A stretch of 64,000 nt of DNA from NCBI GenBank assembly GCA_965235115.1, contig OZ249436.1, forward strand, positions 27,468,001 through 27,532,000. Reading direction: 5' to 3'. Source of the DNA: Laetmonice hystrix. Lineage: Eukaryota. A program made the translations under genes and the position numbers. Under the pieces are notes generated by a model. It made no database searches. It saw only the letters and a list, made by a program, of their open reading frames with translations, and was not told where the DNA came from. Shown here piece by piece: positions 37,973 through 50,600 of this stretch. The number at the start of each line of letters is the position of its first letter. The stretch's first letter is position 1.

Positions 37973-40900
37973 AGCTCCTTGTTCCCCTCGTTGATTTCTG
38001 ACCCTCAAAGTTACGATGTCGATGTTGATTCGATGGTGACATATTCTTCCGTCGTAACCCCCAGTAGATCAACTCGTCATTAATTCCATAATCCCTGACA
38101 ACGACGACTGACGTGCTATGGTAGCCAAGGCCTTATTATACACACCGCAATATTTCTGGCTGTGAATTTCTACAAGAGTCGCGCCGATGGAACTGTCACA
38201 TTTAATTCCCTCGTAACCTCCTTTGACGCAGCGCGTCGACCGGCCACTCGCATCGACCCATGACAATATTGAGTCGGTTCGCCTGGCTGCAGCGCCGAGA
38301 TAGGCTGCCTTTCCTACCGTCCCATGTCCCCCCGGCAGTCTGGAGGCTGTTAAAGAGCCAGCCCAGTCCATTCACAATCATAATGGTCTGACGGCACACT
38401 CCCGCTGTACTCTAGAGAGATCAAGAAAAAACCCCGTTTGGGTGGCATGAGGAACTGCGCTGACATTTGGTGGAGTAGTAGTGTTTGCGGCTAATGGCAT
38501 GGGCGGCTGTTAGATCGGTAATGGCCTGCCGCTTGTGTGCTAGAATTCAAATAAAAAGGTTGTAGCATTGTTTTAAACCATCAAGTAGACTGACTACCAG
38601 CATGGATATTCTCATCGTATCATCAGTGATCTTTTCCGGAGTCAGTTTCTTTGTGGTGAAAAAAGAGGTAGGGAAAGAAGTAGGCTAGCTGGGTGGGGGG
38701 TGGGGGGATGGGGGGGGGGGGTGTATGACTGGGAATAAGGACTGTTTTGCTGCAAAGGGGAGAGGTCCGTTAACGAGGGAAGGCGGGAGCTTTCTCTTCA
38801 TCAAGTCCAATCTTGAAAGCCATTGTCACAGAAAGGCTCGCGCAGTTATCTTTAATTTGCACGCCCTGACCCTTTATTTCCGGCAACGCGTATATGCCTC
38901 AGGAGAAGGTTGACTCCCCGTTGGTGCATAAACAGTCTACTTGACAAAATTGCCAGGCTTTCCAACATGCGTGTTCAATGGGCGGAGTGTCACGTAAATT
39001 GATCAAGCTCGCGATTCGACGCGACATGCATTCGAAATGGCGACCGCGCTGGAATCTAACGGCAACGCACATTTTGAGGCCGCTCTGGGACTCTCTCTCC
39101 ATACAATGCTGGCTGCATCTATACACCGCCCCCCCCCCTGCTCCACTCCCCACAACACACTTCTTCTTTGCTTGTTGCCAGGTGACGGTTATCATCAAAT
39201 GGGTTGCAATGTTTCTCTGGAATTCTCGTACTCTGCGGAGGGACATTTCACGCTATTGTTGGACGGCACGTTTCGGACTTGCAACGAAAACGTCCTGCAG
39301 CAACGCATGCATTGTCATGGCTGACCCGACAGATTACCGGTTCATTCCGGTTTCAATTAAGGCCGTGCGACTCACTTCACCGTGTGCGTGTAACGGCACG
39401 ACGACAGCATGCTGGCGTATGCACACAACACATCAGACGATTCACACGTATAGTATGAGGTGAAGGTCGCGTGCACCAATGCCTGGATTGTAAGCTATTC
39501 GTGACAAGCACTTGAGAGCATAATGGACGTGAAATGTATAAACCCACAAGATATAAAATTATATACTATGTAAATATAGCTTCCCATTGTCTCATCTGAA
39601 TTGGGCGTTTGAAGGTTAACACAAAATAGAGGCATAGGCCATATAAATGTAGGACGAAGCACGACCTAGGCCTATACTGATTTTATGCACATGCCCTTCC
39701 CAGAAATTATTGATGAGCTAAACAGAATGACACATTCAACCATGTCCAGTCCTGATAACTCGACCGATGTGTGTACATGTATTGTGGCCGTACATTTAAC
39801 AGACTGAAAACCAGGGAAAAGTGTATCAATTGGGATAAAAAAAACACTGTAACAACGTAAAACATTGAATTTGTCAGTAGATCATTCAAACTTAGGATGT
39901 CTTTCTCCTGTGTCTGAACTAATAACTGGCATTCTGTTGGGTGGAAGCCATGGATTACATGGCTAACAACTGAATCAACATGTATACTCAGATCGTTCTC
40001 AACCAGCAATCCATTCTCTACCATGCTGGTCCTTTCTTATAAAACACCTATACATACAACATTGCCTGTCTCTAGGTCTGCACTGTACAGACCTATGTAT
40101 ACAGTAGGGCTTCTGTCACCTATCTGCCGCATAGCGTCTGATCCAAGTATAAAGGCTTTTTGCCCTGAAACATCTTACAGGTTTCGTAACCATGGCAACA
40201 GATCCACATATCTGATGACAGCGACCCGATGGGGGAAATAATTCCCTCCCAACCATCTACTTGACGATACGTACGAGGGACTCAGCATTTAAAGGATCTA
40301 CTAACGGCGTATTAATCGCCTGTAGGGATGCCATGGTTATTAATTGTGGGGAGGGGTGTACGGGTATACTGAGGGGTAGAAGGAGGGATCAAACGCTGTC
40401 AATGCTCTCCCCTGATCCTCACAGGCCCTGGATACAACATTCATACAGTATTCCTACTGCAGCATCTGGGACGAGTTGCTAATCAATATCATTTTACGCG
40501 GAGAAAAATGACCTGGCAACGTTTTCGAAATAGTTCTTTTAATACGAGGAAGGGTCGAAGGTCTTCTTTAACTCAACAACATCACGACAAGACACACCTG
40601 AGTATAGATCCAACTTATATTCACCAATACAATGGTGAAGGAGGCTATTATTGTGTGTGTATCAGGTTCTTTGAAGATAAAGCGATTCTCCCATCCCTCC
40701 GTGATCCGTGATCGAATGAAACACACCTGCAGATTGACAAGGCGAATAAGATGGGAAAAGTCACAGCTGTGTGTAAATTAAAGAGCAGTTACTTTGGAAC
40801 ACAAAGCGAGCGACCTGTAAGAGGATCTTAAACAATCCTCATATCATGTTTGTAATAACCAGTAGAAACGGCGCAGATGCTCCCATCTTGTGTCTGACGC

Positions 40901-41594
40901 TGGGTCCCGAGGACAAATCTCGGTATCAAATTACTGTTTCCAGCAATCGTAATCTTGCACGGTGAAAGTGTCATCATACATAGGTTACGAAGGAGGGACA
41001 TTCAATATCGGTAAGAAAACTCACTGCCTTTCAAACAGTGGCTTCCCATTTCATAATTACAATAAAGATGCATGTTTTTTCTCGATATCGAAATATGTTC
41101 GTGATCTTTTTGCATTTTTATATTAATGCTGTATTGCTACATATAATGCCATCAAGGCAACTAGAAAAAATCGTCTTTTATCATGTCTAGAAATTCCACA
41201 GCAACGGCATACTAGAAGTCTTATTCTACATTTGCAAATAAAGGGAAGCCATTCATTTATGTATCGCTGGGCATGTTAACATTGTGTTTACAATAGCTCA
41301 ACATTCAACATTAAATGAATTCATGTCCGCCTCTTTAAATACGTGAAGGCTACACATCGATGTCTGTCTCTGGTCTACAAAACCTCATTTCCTGGCACAA
41401 GGTGGTGTCGAGTGATTCCTTCTTGTATTACGTACCCACCACCAGCTGACTTTATGGCGGGGCTGTTAGTTCCACTTGTTGCGATACTCAATTAAAGACA
41501 AGAAGATAAACTCAAAGTCAAACGTTGTCTGGCTGTCTGTCCTACGACCTCGGAAAGATGAGAGAGACAATCACAGTTACGAACATCTATCTTT

Positions 41595-41688
41595 GAGAGA
41601 GAGAGAGAGAGAGAGAGTGAGAGCGAGAGAGAGGGAGAGAGAGAGAGAGAGACTGACAGAGAGACAGAGAGACAGAGAGAGCGAGAGA
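41595..41688. repeat. (GA)n microsatellite, imperfect
   Basis: Directly visible. Confidence 0.95.
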
Positions 41689-42632
41689 TCCAACCACACA
41701 CGCCATGCGGGACAGGTTTGGGTGGATGATGCTGAGATAATGCCCTGTGATGTGGCTTCACGCCCTGCCATCGGCAGCTTGAGGCAGTTCCGGGCTCTCA
41801 AAACGATGTGTCGATGAATGCGCATGTCCCTCGGACGGCCTCCAAGCCTTGTTAACAACCATTCCAAATTTATTCTGGGGCGTCATGTTTGTGTCAGTGC
41901 TGAAGAAAGCGTCTATAGTTCGGACGGACAGTGCGCAGCTGTTTACTGAAATGAAATGTTCATGTCCGTGGGAGGACTGAATACAAACACACTCTCTAAT
42001 GGCACACAATGTTGGTGATGAAGTCTAGGTATACATAGAGGGATGTATTAACTGATTTTATTATTGTAAGAGACGCCACATAACGGCAACTGCCGGTATA
42101 TCGCATGTATGGGGTTTACTGTTGGTATAAGAAGATCCGTAAATCTGAGCAAACCAAGATTAATGCGGTGACCAACGAGTCAAATATTGACGTACTGGTG
42201 CACAACGCCAAAGTGCACCGAGTGCAGACAGAACTAAATTGCTTCCACATATTCATCGCGGAAATACAGTTTTATAGAAATGAGCATCGTGGTTGTTTTC
42301 TTTGGTAGAACCTGTATCTCAAATATCCTCTACTCCTGAGAAAGTGTCATGCAAATCTTACTTCCCGTGTATTCTCTGAATATCCGTAGCCAGATATGAA
42401 CGGAAGTTGGTAGTTGCTCATTTACTGCAACGCCCCCTACTTGCCTCTATTTATAAACCTTTTGTACTTAGTTTTCTATAAGATAGTTTGGCGAAGGGGG
42501 TAGACACAAAAGGACCAGGTATGATAGTCAAAGAGGGATATATATAATAGAATACCATACTTTGTGTGTGTGTAGGCGTTGGAAAGGAAATCCTACATCT
42601 GTGAAGTATCTGGCTGGTTGGGGCATTAAAGT

Positions 42633-42641
42633 TCTCTCTCC

Positions 42642-42677
<36 letters not shown>

Positions 42678-42682
42678 TCTCC
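42633..42682. repeat. (CT)n microsatellite
   Basis: Directly visible. Confidence 0.95.
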
Positions 42683-43616
42683 GAATCTTCCATGGCCGAT
42701 TTATGAAATGACCTCCAATGCCGACTTGATGACAATTAGCAATCAATCAACATTCGTAACAATTCTCTCAGTGGTTAATTACACATGAATGGCAGTTCAT
42801 CATGGCTGGAAATGAATGTAATATCGCCGGACTAGGCCAAGGAGGTAATGTCTGCTACACTATACACTTTTGGAGCTATACTGGTGTTATACTGTTTCAA
42901 CTTAACGCCATCATTAGGATATGGCGCATGGTCAGGGAGGGCAATGATGAGATGTGAAGAAGCTCCTCTCCTTTTAAAATGTATCTTTTCCCCAAATCTA
43001 ATCTTATTCGAATGGGTGAAAAACTATGAATATGAAATTTTATAGTTTTTGAATTATTACTAGAAGAGGCCTGCAGGTCACTTATATTTGCCATGGCAAG
43101 GGTAGACGTTCGACCAATGTGGCCCGTAGAGATGTATCGAATTCTTTCCAGTCTTTTATAATGCACATATCCTTTCCGCGCCGGAAACAAATGTACATCT
43201 ATATACATCAGCTCCAATGCCTCATGATATAAACAGATAGTGAGATGTATTTTGAATTACGCGTATCAGTGAGGTTGCCTAACAATAACTTGTCCTGCTT
43301 TTCAAAGCACTATATACAACGGTTTTTTCAAATTACCATTATAATGTTTCCGACACTGATACCCCATATGCATGGTCTATAATATGTGATAACAGATTGG
43401 TGACCATTAGAATACTCAGTCAGTCTCATAAGATATAAATGTATGCATGACTGTCCGGCGTATCCATGGTTTCATACTTGAGATTATGTGACTGCAATTC
43501 TGTCAACAAATGAAGTGAGGGTCACAGCAGTATTATCCATATGTGTAATCTTATCATACTGTCTGAGGTAACCGGCCACATTACCAAGCAACAGTAGAGA
43601 CGCCTTTGGTGCTCGC

Positions 43617-43636
43617 AGAGAGCAGGGAGAGAGAGG

Positions 43637-43687
<51 letters not shown>

Positions 43688-43753
43688 GAGAGAGAGAGGG
43701 AGAGAGAGAGAAAGAGAGAGAGAGAGAAAGAGAGAGAGGGAGAGAGAGAGACT

Positions 43754-43799
<46 letters not shown>
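43617..43799. repeat. Long (GA)n polypurine microsatellite, ~180 bp
   Basis: Directly visible; almost pure purine on the + strand. Confidence 0.97.
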
Positions 43800-43802
<3 letters not shown>

Positions 43803-44123
43803 ATCAAGTATAAACGACAACCTGTATCTTTATATCATAGAAAACAAACCGTACGCTAATAATTCTAATCAACTCCAATAATTTAATTTGAGACCCTCAA
43901 CAATCATTTCTCAGTAATAAAACATCTTGCGGGAAGCATGTTACAAACGTGGTGGCCTGGAGCGTGTTGTGTGATACGAAATGAACATGTCGAGCGGCGA
44001 GTCTGCCATGAATAGAAGCAGTGGTTAGCAGGGCCGAATTGGAATTAATGACTTCCCGTTGTACTGCTGACATGAAGGCAGACGCTTTGACAGACGGCCA
44101 GGTTTTGGACCTTGGTTACAGGC

Positions 44124-44261
44124 CTGCTACTGCTGCTGCTGATGGTGTTGCTGCTGCTGTTGCTACTGCTGCTGCTGCTGCTGCTGCTGTTGCTACTGCT
44201 GCTGCTGCTGCTGTTGCTACTGCTGCTGCTGCTGCTGTTGCTACTGCTACTGCTGCTGCTG
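44124..44261. repeat. (CTG)n trinucleotide repeat with periodic TTG/CTA interruptions
   Basis: Directly visible; source of the poly-A and poly-L ORFs. Confidence 0.97.
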
Positions 44262-45166
44262 AAGGCCTGTTCTTGTTTTGTGATGTGTCGTTGATATTAT
44301 TCATGCAATTTCAATGCTGCTGTAAACAATCTGGTATATTCGGGTCTGCACATAGTGTTTAGTTTATCCTAGTTCATACTGACGGACATTGTTCTCCGGG
44401 AGACAGCGATCCATAACCCAAACAAAGGTCTCGAGGTAGAATCTGATTACGTCAATTGTTTCAACTTCACACCATCATTGCCATCTCCGCCGACAGAGAA
44501 CTACAATGACATATCGTTATACTCAAAGCCACAGCGCTTCCTCTTCTTCCTTGTTCTATCCATACAGACCGGCATATTGCTATCGTTATCTCACTGAGCA
44601 CTTATCAAAGCAATAAACCCACACCAGGCCTAGGGCCGTTATCGACCGGGGCGACCCCTGACTGGCCCGGGCGGGGGGGGGGGCGGGGGGGGGGGCAGGT
44701 CCGCCCCCTAGCCCCTCAACCGCTTTTTAGCCGCTGGATCTTGATCAATTAGAGGTTCCCTTCACACGCTACACTTCGATCGGCGGTCATGATGTGTAGT
44801 AGGTGTGGCCTTCGGCGTCCAGCGGAGGGCCACAAAACGTGGGGCTTCCTCATCGTCGGCAAAGGATCTCTCTCTCTCTCTCCTCGCGTGGAGGGGGGGG
44901 ACCCGAGGGGTGTGTCAGTGTCAAGGCCTCTGGGTGTGCCCCTAGCCAGGGTTATGTTGTTGGTGTTAGGTAGGGTGGGGTAGCAACCAGACGCCTTCAC
45001 CCAGAATGTCCACACTGACGTGTGGGTTGGGTAATACAAATGTCATGATTACAGCACCGTGAAACTCACCACCAAAAGGTCATGGGGATTGTGGGCGTGC
45101 CAGGCCGAGCAATAATCAATAGGGCTTCTAGGTGTCACAGACTGTCTGGTAACTCTGCTTGAGGGC

Positions 45167-45311
45167 CAGATACGATATAATGCGCATTGGGTCACACTCT
45201 ACTCAGATACGATATAATGCGCATTGGGTCACACTCTACTCAGATACGATATAATGCGCATTGGGTCATACTCTACTCAGATACGATATAATGCGCATTG
45301 GGTCACACTCT
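45167..45311. repeat. Minisatellite, 37-bp unit, 4 copies
   Basis: Unit CAGATACGATATAATGCGCATTGGGTCACACTCTACT, containing the perfect palindrome AATGCGCATT. Confidence 0.97.
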
Positions 45312-47411
45312 GCTCCTATCTATATGGATCCCGATGGTTAGAGATCGACCCTTTTTTTGTTACTCTATAGAGAGATCATGTCTGTGCTGTGGTAAATAAT
45401 ACAATATACCCATCGACCCAAAGGTCAGATCGTCACAGTCTATAAGGACTGGATAAAAACGCCACCTTTTGAACTTCCTCCCACCAGATAAATCTAGTCG
45501 ATGTTGAAGTCTCTAACAACATCTCCTATAGGTGTAATAAAAGATGCAACACCTCGCTGCCAGCCTGGAAACAGGATATCTGCCATGGCTTTAGCCTTGG
45601 GGATTGCGACTAGATGGATGTTGAAGCCGAGCCCATGCCTCCCGCTTTGAGGCCCGGTCAATTCCCTGCCAGAGGCGAGTAGGCAGATGTCCATTAGACC
45701 CGACCTCGCTCTAGCCTCGCCCCCCATCCTCTCTCCGTCCACAAGCCCCCACCCCAACCCCCATCAAGCCGAGTGCTGGAGGCCGGGCCCAGAAGAGCAA
45801 GCTACACAACGACTATAATATGGCGACCGTCGGAGACCGCCTACTATCAGCATCAAGCATACCAAACCAACCATCATGACCGGGCGCTAACGTGATTCGA
45901 GCCGGCAACTGGCCCCATCTAAATTACCCCCAGCAGCGTGATTAGCCCCGACTGCCCCGACTTAATGCCCGGCCCTATCATAATTACGGACAATCACCGC
46001 TTTCAAAATGTAATACACCATTCATCGGACTGGTGCTCTTCGCTCGTCGAGGCGACGCGATTTGTACGGACATTTTATTGTTTCATACTACGGTCGTCGC
46101 ACCCCGTTCAAAGTTAATTAAAGATTTTCAAGCTTGAATTTAATTGCTTTTATATGTGGCACCAAATGGATTGAATAGCTCGTTTGACTATAGGAACACG
46201 CAGGGACAATTGATAAAAGACGGTGCTTAGGTCGGCTATCGCTTACCGAATCGTACAAGAGTGCAGCTATCAACACCAAACCATTGTTGACATTAGTGAA
46301 ATCGGGGGACGCCGCCAACTTGTGTAAATAAACCCGAACTGTACACCAGGCAGCTGTCAGTTGTCACGGTAGACTGCCAGGGTGGAGGTTGCTGTAACTG
46401 CGGCATGACAAAAACATGGTGGCATGATAGTAGAAACAGACCGGGGCATCGCTGCAGGAAAAAAATTGAAGTGGTGCGCTCTAGGGACTTAGTAATGTAA
46501 CAATACCAGACAGGAAATTTGATAGATTCTGTTTGAAAGCATCTTGATTCATATCGTACACTAATAATAATGATGAAGGCGAATACGATTGTTATATTAG
46601 TGATATTGATAAGAAAAATAGCGTTATTGTTTTAGGAGTGGCCAGTGTCAGGAAATAATTTGTCACAGCAAAAATACTTTCGCAATTGCCAACGATATGA
46701 GAGTCGTGTGCGTACACAAATGTACTATTTTCTTTTCTACTCACTGCATTAGTGGTGGAAATTGCTCTCTGTGCTAGATATCAAACACCATTGTCCCCTT
46801 ATATCTTAATACATCCAAGAAGACGACGACCCTATTCCTGATGTTCTCGAGTCATACCGTATTGTACGGACGGACGCTGATTGGGAATCCGTTGCCGAGA
46901 CAACTCGGTTTATGGGCAGTGGATGGAACGTTCGGTTACTGCCATCAATATCATGTTGTTAAGGGCTTAACAATCTGTAAGCCGTGGATTTCTAAAGGTT
47001 GATAATACTAGTTAGTGCCAATAATGGTCGCTTATATGCCAATAAAGGTCTCAGCTCGCGCTGGTGGCATTTACACGTGAGGGAGCCCGGCAAAAGGTTG
47101 GCTTAACAAGAGACCGTCATTAGTCGTAATAAGAGAGAATAGACAATGTAGCGAGAAGATCTTGGCAGTGTGCCCAACGTTTTGTATCATCTTCTCGCCG
47201 GATGATGACGTTTTGAGGGTATAACTCAATCATATTGAGCGATGGAATTGAAAGATAACGACACTCAGTTGCCAAGTGGTGGCAGCAAGTGTATTTGCCC
47301 GAAGGTCTTCAAGGACTATATAACGCTGAGCACGGACAATTTTGGGGCCTCTTTTGTTTTGTCAGAACTGAGGACGAATCACATAAGCAGGTGGATCTCT
47401 CGTCTGGCTTC

Positions 47412-47415
47412 CAGC

Positions 47416-47458
<43 letters not shown>

Positions 47459-47492
47459 CCAACAGCAGCACCAACAGCAGCACCAACAGCAG
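47412..47492. repeat. (CAG)n plus (CAGCAGCACCAA)n repeat
   Basis: Directly visible. Confidence 0.95.
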
Positions 47493-47546
47493 TAATGGTA
47501 TAGAGAAGGAAGCCATAACCATTCATAGAAGCCAGTATTACCCGAC

Positions 47547-47604
47547 TAGAGTGTGTCTCTTAGACTCGTATAGATTAGAGTGTGTCTCTTAGACTCGTAT
47601 AGAT
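47547..47604. repeat. Perfect two-copy 29-bp tandem duplication
   Basis: TAGAGTGTGTCTCTTAGACTCGTATAGAT at 47547 and 47576. Confidence 0.95.
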
Positions 47605-50600
47605 TTCTGCACTATACGCTGTACCTGTCCTGCCTTAAAGATCTCGATTGTACCAAAGAAGGCATTACCCTGTCGTGCCTACCAATATAACCATTGATGA
47701 CATTGACGTCTTGGCCCGCGCCGTGCCTGCCGCCTGCCCGTTTTCACAGCGTCCTCATATTGGAAGTCCAGCGTTTCCACCTTCCGGTTTGCACCCAGAT
47801 TGGAAACGAGGTCACCGTCTGCCTGCATCAGAGGGAGGAGAAAAATGGGTACTTATTACCCGGTGATTATTTTGTCTGACGGTCACACAGTCACGTTTAT
47901 CAGTATCAAGAGGCGGATGGGGAGGAGAAAAAAGAGCTACTGTCCTGAAAGGGGATCCTTTCTCGTCGGCAGAGAGCTTCTTTATTGGAGGGCTGTTTCC
48001 GCGAGGCTCGATCGATACACGCTACTTACAGATCGACCGTCATATCTTCTCCTTTACTTACTTACCCTGCCCTGGCCTCCATCCGTCTCTGGTCTTATCA
48101 CGTGCCAGCTGGCCATAAATCCCCCTAACAATTTCCATAACCGACCTCCTCCGGGGTAGAATATCGATCGGCAGGGCAGCCAGGCGATCCTTTGACGTTG
48201 ATGTTTGTCGCTTTGTTCTTGTTGCTTGCCGTTTTTTATCTGAAGGAGGGGCGTTTCTCATTCGCCTGCTGCCATTCAATATGTGCATTTTCACCCGTCC
48301 ACCATTACTAGATTTTGGTTTTTGCGTTTATTATCTATCGATTTTTTTGGGTTCCTGATGTCAGATAAGTCGGGTGTATATATGTTTTTATGTTATTCGG
48401 AAATACACGCGTCTAATGAAAGCGACATGTTTATTACAGTTTATGGTGGCAGTCATTCTGAGAACGTATTCGGTTGGCCGTGGCCTTGTGACCATAATTC
48501 ATTATGTTTTCCCAGCAAACACTTGGACACGCGCCCCAGTCGATATGGACAGAGGGGTCGGAGAAACATCTAATTCAGAGTCTAGAGTGCAGCAGGAAGA
48601 GAGTGTTCAGAATAGGACTTTGCGAATATAAAGTGTCCCTGTCTGTCTGTCTTTCTGTCCGTGGTCTAGGGTCAATAGTTCTTTTGTTCCTTTGAATCTC
48701 TGTCAAACAGTGCTATCTCAAAGACTGACGTAGGCAGTGACAGTCGGCTGTCTCAGGGGCTCCTATCGACATTTGTAAGGTAAAGCCTCCTTTCTACCAT
48801 ACTCGACAATTCTAAGGCCCCTAGCGTGTTTAGAATAAACATTAGCACTTGGCAAATCTATTGTGCAGCTGGTTTTACAACACTGCTCGTTCCACGCGGA
48901 ATACTTATTGGTAGCGAAAGAAAAAATGATAATTAAATATAAGCCATTATCGGAGAGATTGCCTAGGAGAGCAACTTACAGGTACTATAAGTCAAAACCA
49001 TCTACCAGATATCTTATCAAAGATTATTTAGATAAAATAAGAATATTGTGGAGAAAGGGGGTGAATAGTTCTGATTAGTCTGATTAATTAACCCATTCTA
49101 TAGGATTCATGAAGATAATAAGAAAAAACACCTTAATTGAAATCCAACTGTCAACTTATTAATACTAATGATATCTTGGTAGCCCTACTTACTCAATTAA
49201 ATACTATACATACACTGTGTCATATGTGTCATACACGACGATATACACACCATTCCGTTGTCTTCTCAAACAGTGTGGCTATTCAAATACCGGAGATACC
49301 GGCTTTATTCGATAACAACCAGCAATAGACCATGACCTATGACCCCCACTACCTTCCGCTCGATGGTAACCTTTAACCCCGCGCTAACAAGCGGCCCTGC
49401 GTGCTGGCACACCATAAAACGAGGAATCCACCCCCTGCCCGTCTTAACAATCAGATGATACACTGTCGGTGACTTCCAGTGGCAGTACTCTCTTCCCGAC
49501 ACCGACACCATCACCCAACACACACCACGGCAACAGAATACTTACAATGAATGGCACCAACCTGCCTTGGCAATAAGACGAATCCCGGAGAAGCTAGCTA
49601 TAGGAGAAGCGGCTGTGATTTTGATTGGCCCCCAACCCACAGCCGTTTTAAGCGGCATGGCTGCGTACCCTCACCCCATCTCGAGCGCCATACTATTGAC
49701 CGTCTCGGCTGCCCTCTTTGGCCCTTCATCCCTAGGGGCCCTCCCCACATCAGTGGCTATAAAATTACGCTGTCCGCCTCATATGTCACTGGAGACCGCA
49801 CAGCGTCTGCCCCCTCCCTGGCAGACCTTTGTACCATGGCGGGCTTTTGCCCTGGGGATGTTGTGTGGCTTCGGCGTCCAGCCACCACCAGATAGGGATA
49901 TATAGGCTGCCCGATGGCTCTCCGAAAGGACCCGCGTAGAATCAAGCAGAGAAAGATCGATGGCAAAGCAGAAATACAGACACACGGTCTGGCCTGAAGA
50001 TGCGCCATTCCATCAGTCCAACATTGACAGAATTCGGCCGACCAGACCGTCACCATCTCCGGTTCAATATCTCATGACAAGTTGGGCAAAACTCGTTCTT
50101 TTTCCTGCAAATCAGCAGTCATAAACTACACGCGTGTTTGCTTCAAGAACGGCATGTGTTACCATGTAGAAAATGTCTTCTTGTCGAATGTAATCACATC
50201 AAAGATGTGCTCGACCATATTTCTGTCAGACCCAAGAGAAGAGAAGAAAATCCTGATGGTTGTGGTGTTTTGGCGGGCCAGTTTACCATCCCTCCCAGTG
50301 CTGTGTCCTTTGGGGGTCAGCCTGGCCCGGTTTACAATTACTTACTATTTCTCCTCGCCTGGTCTGGTTGCCAGCCATGGCTTCGGTCGAGGCCGGCATA
50401 TTTGGGCCGCGGTATTTCTGATACGGGGTAGTATAGTCCCTTTAGGCCTGGTGTTCAGACAATTGCGACAATACATCACAGTCAGTACTAAGGGTTGCCC
50501 GGTGCCTGTGGGCGCAGTGGCTGTATACTAGACAAGCAATACTAATCCCATCTAAAAGTAGCTTTATCGCTTCAGCTCACCGTGGGTTTATTAGGGCTTG

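Noticed and set aside
44021..44362. Poly-Ala / poly-Leu ORFs; also the poly-Ser ORF at 47242-47592
   Set aside because: Trinucleotide microsatellites with no recognisable flanking protein sequence.
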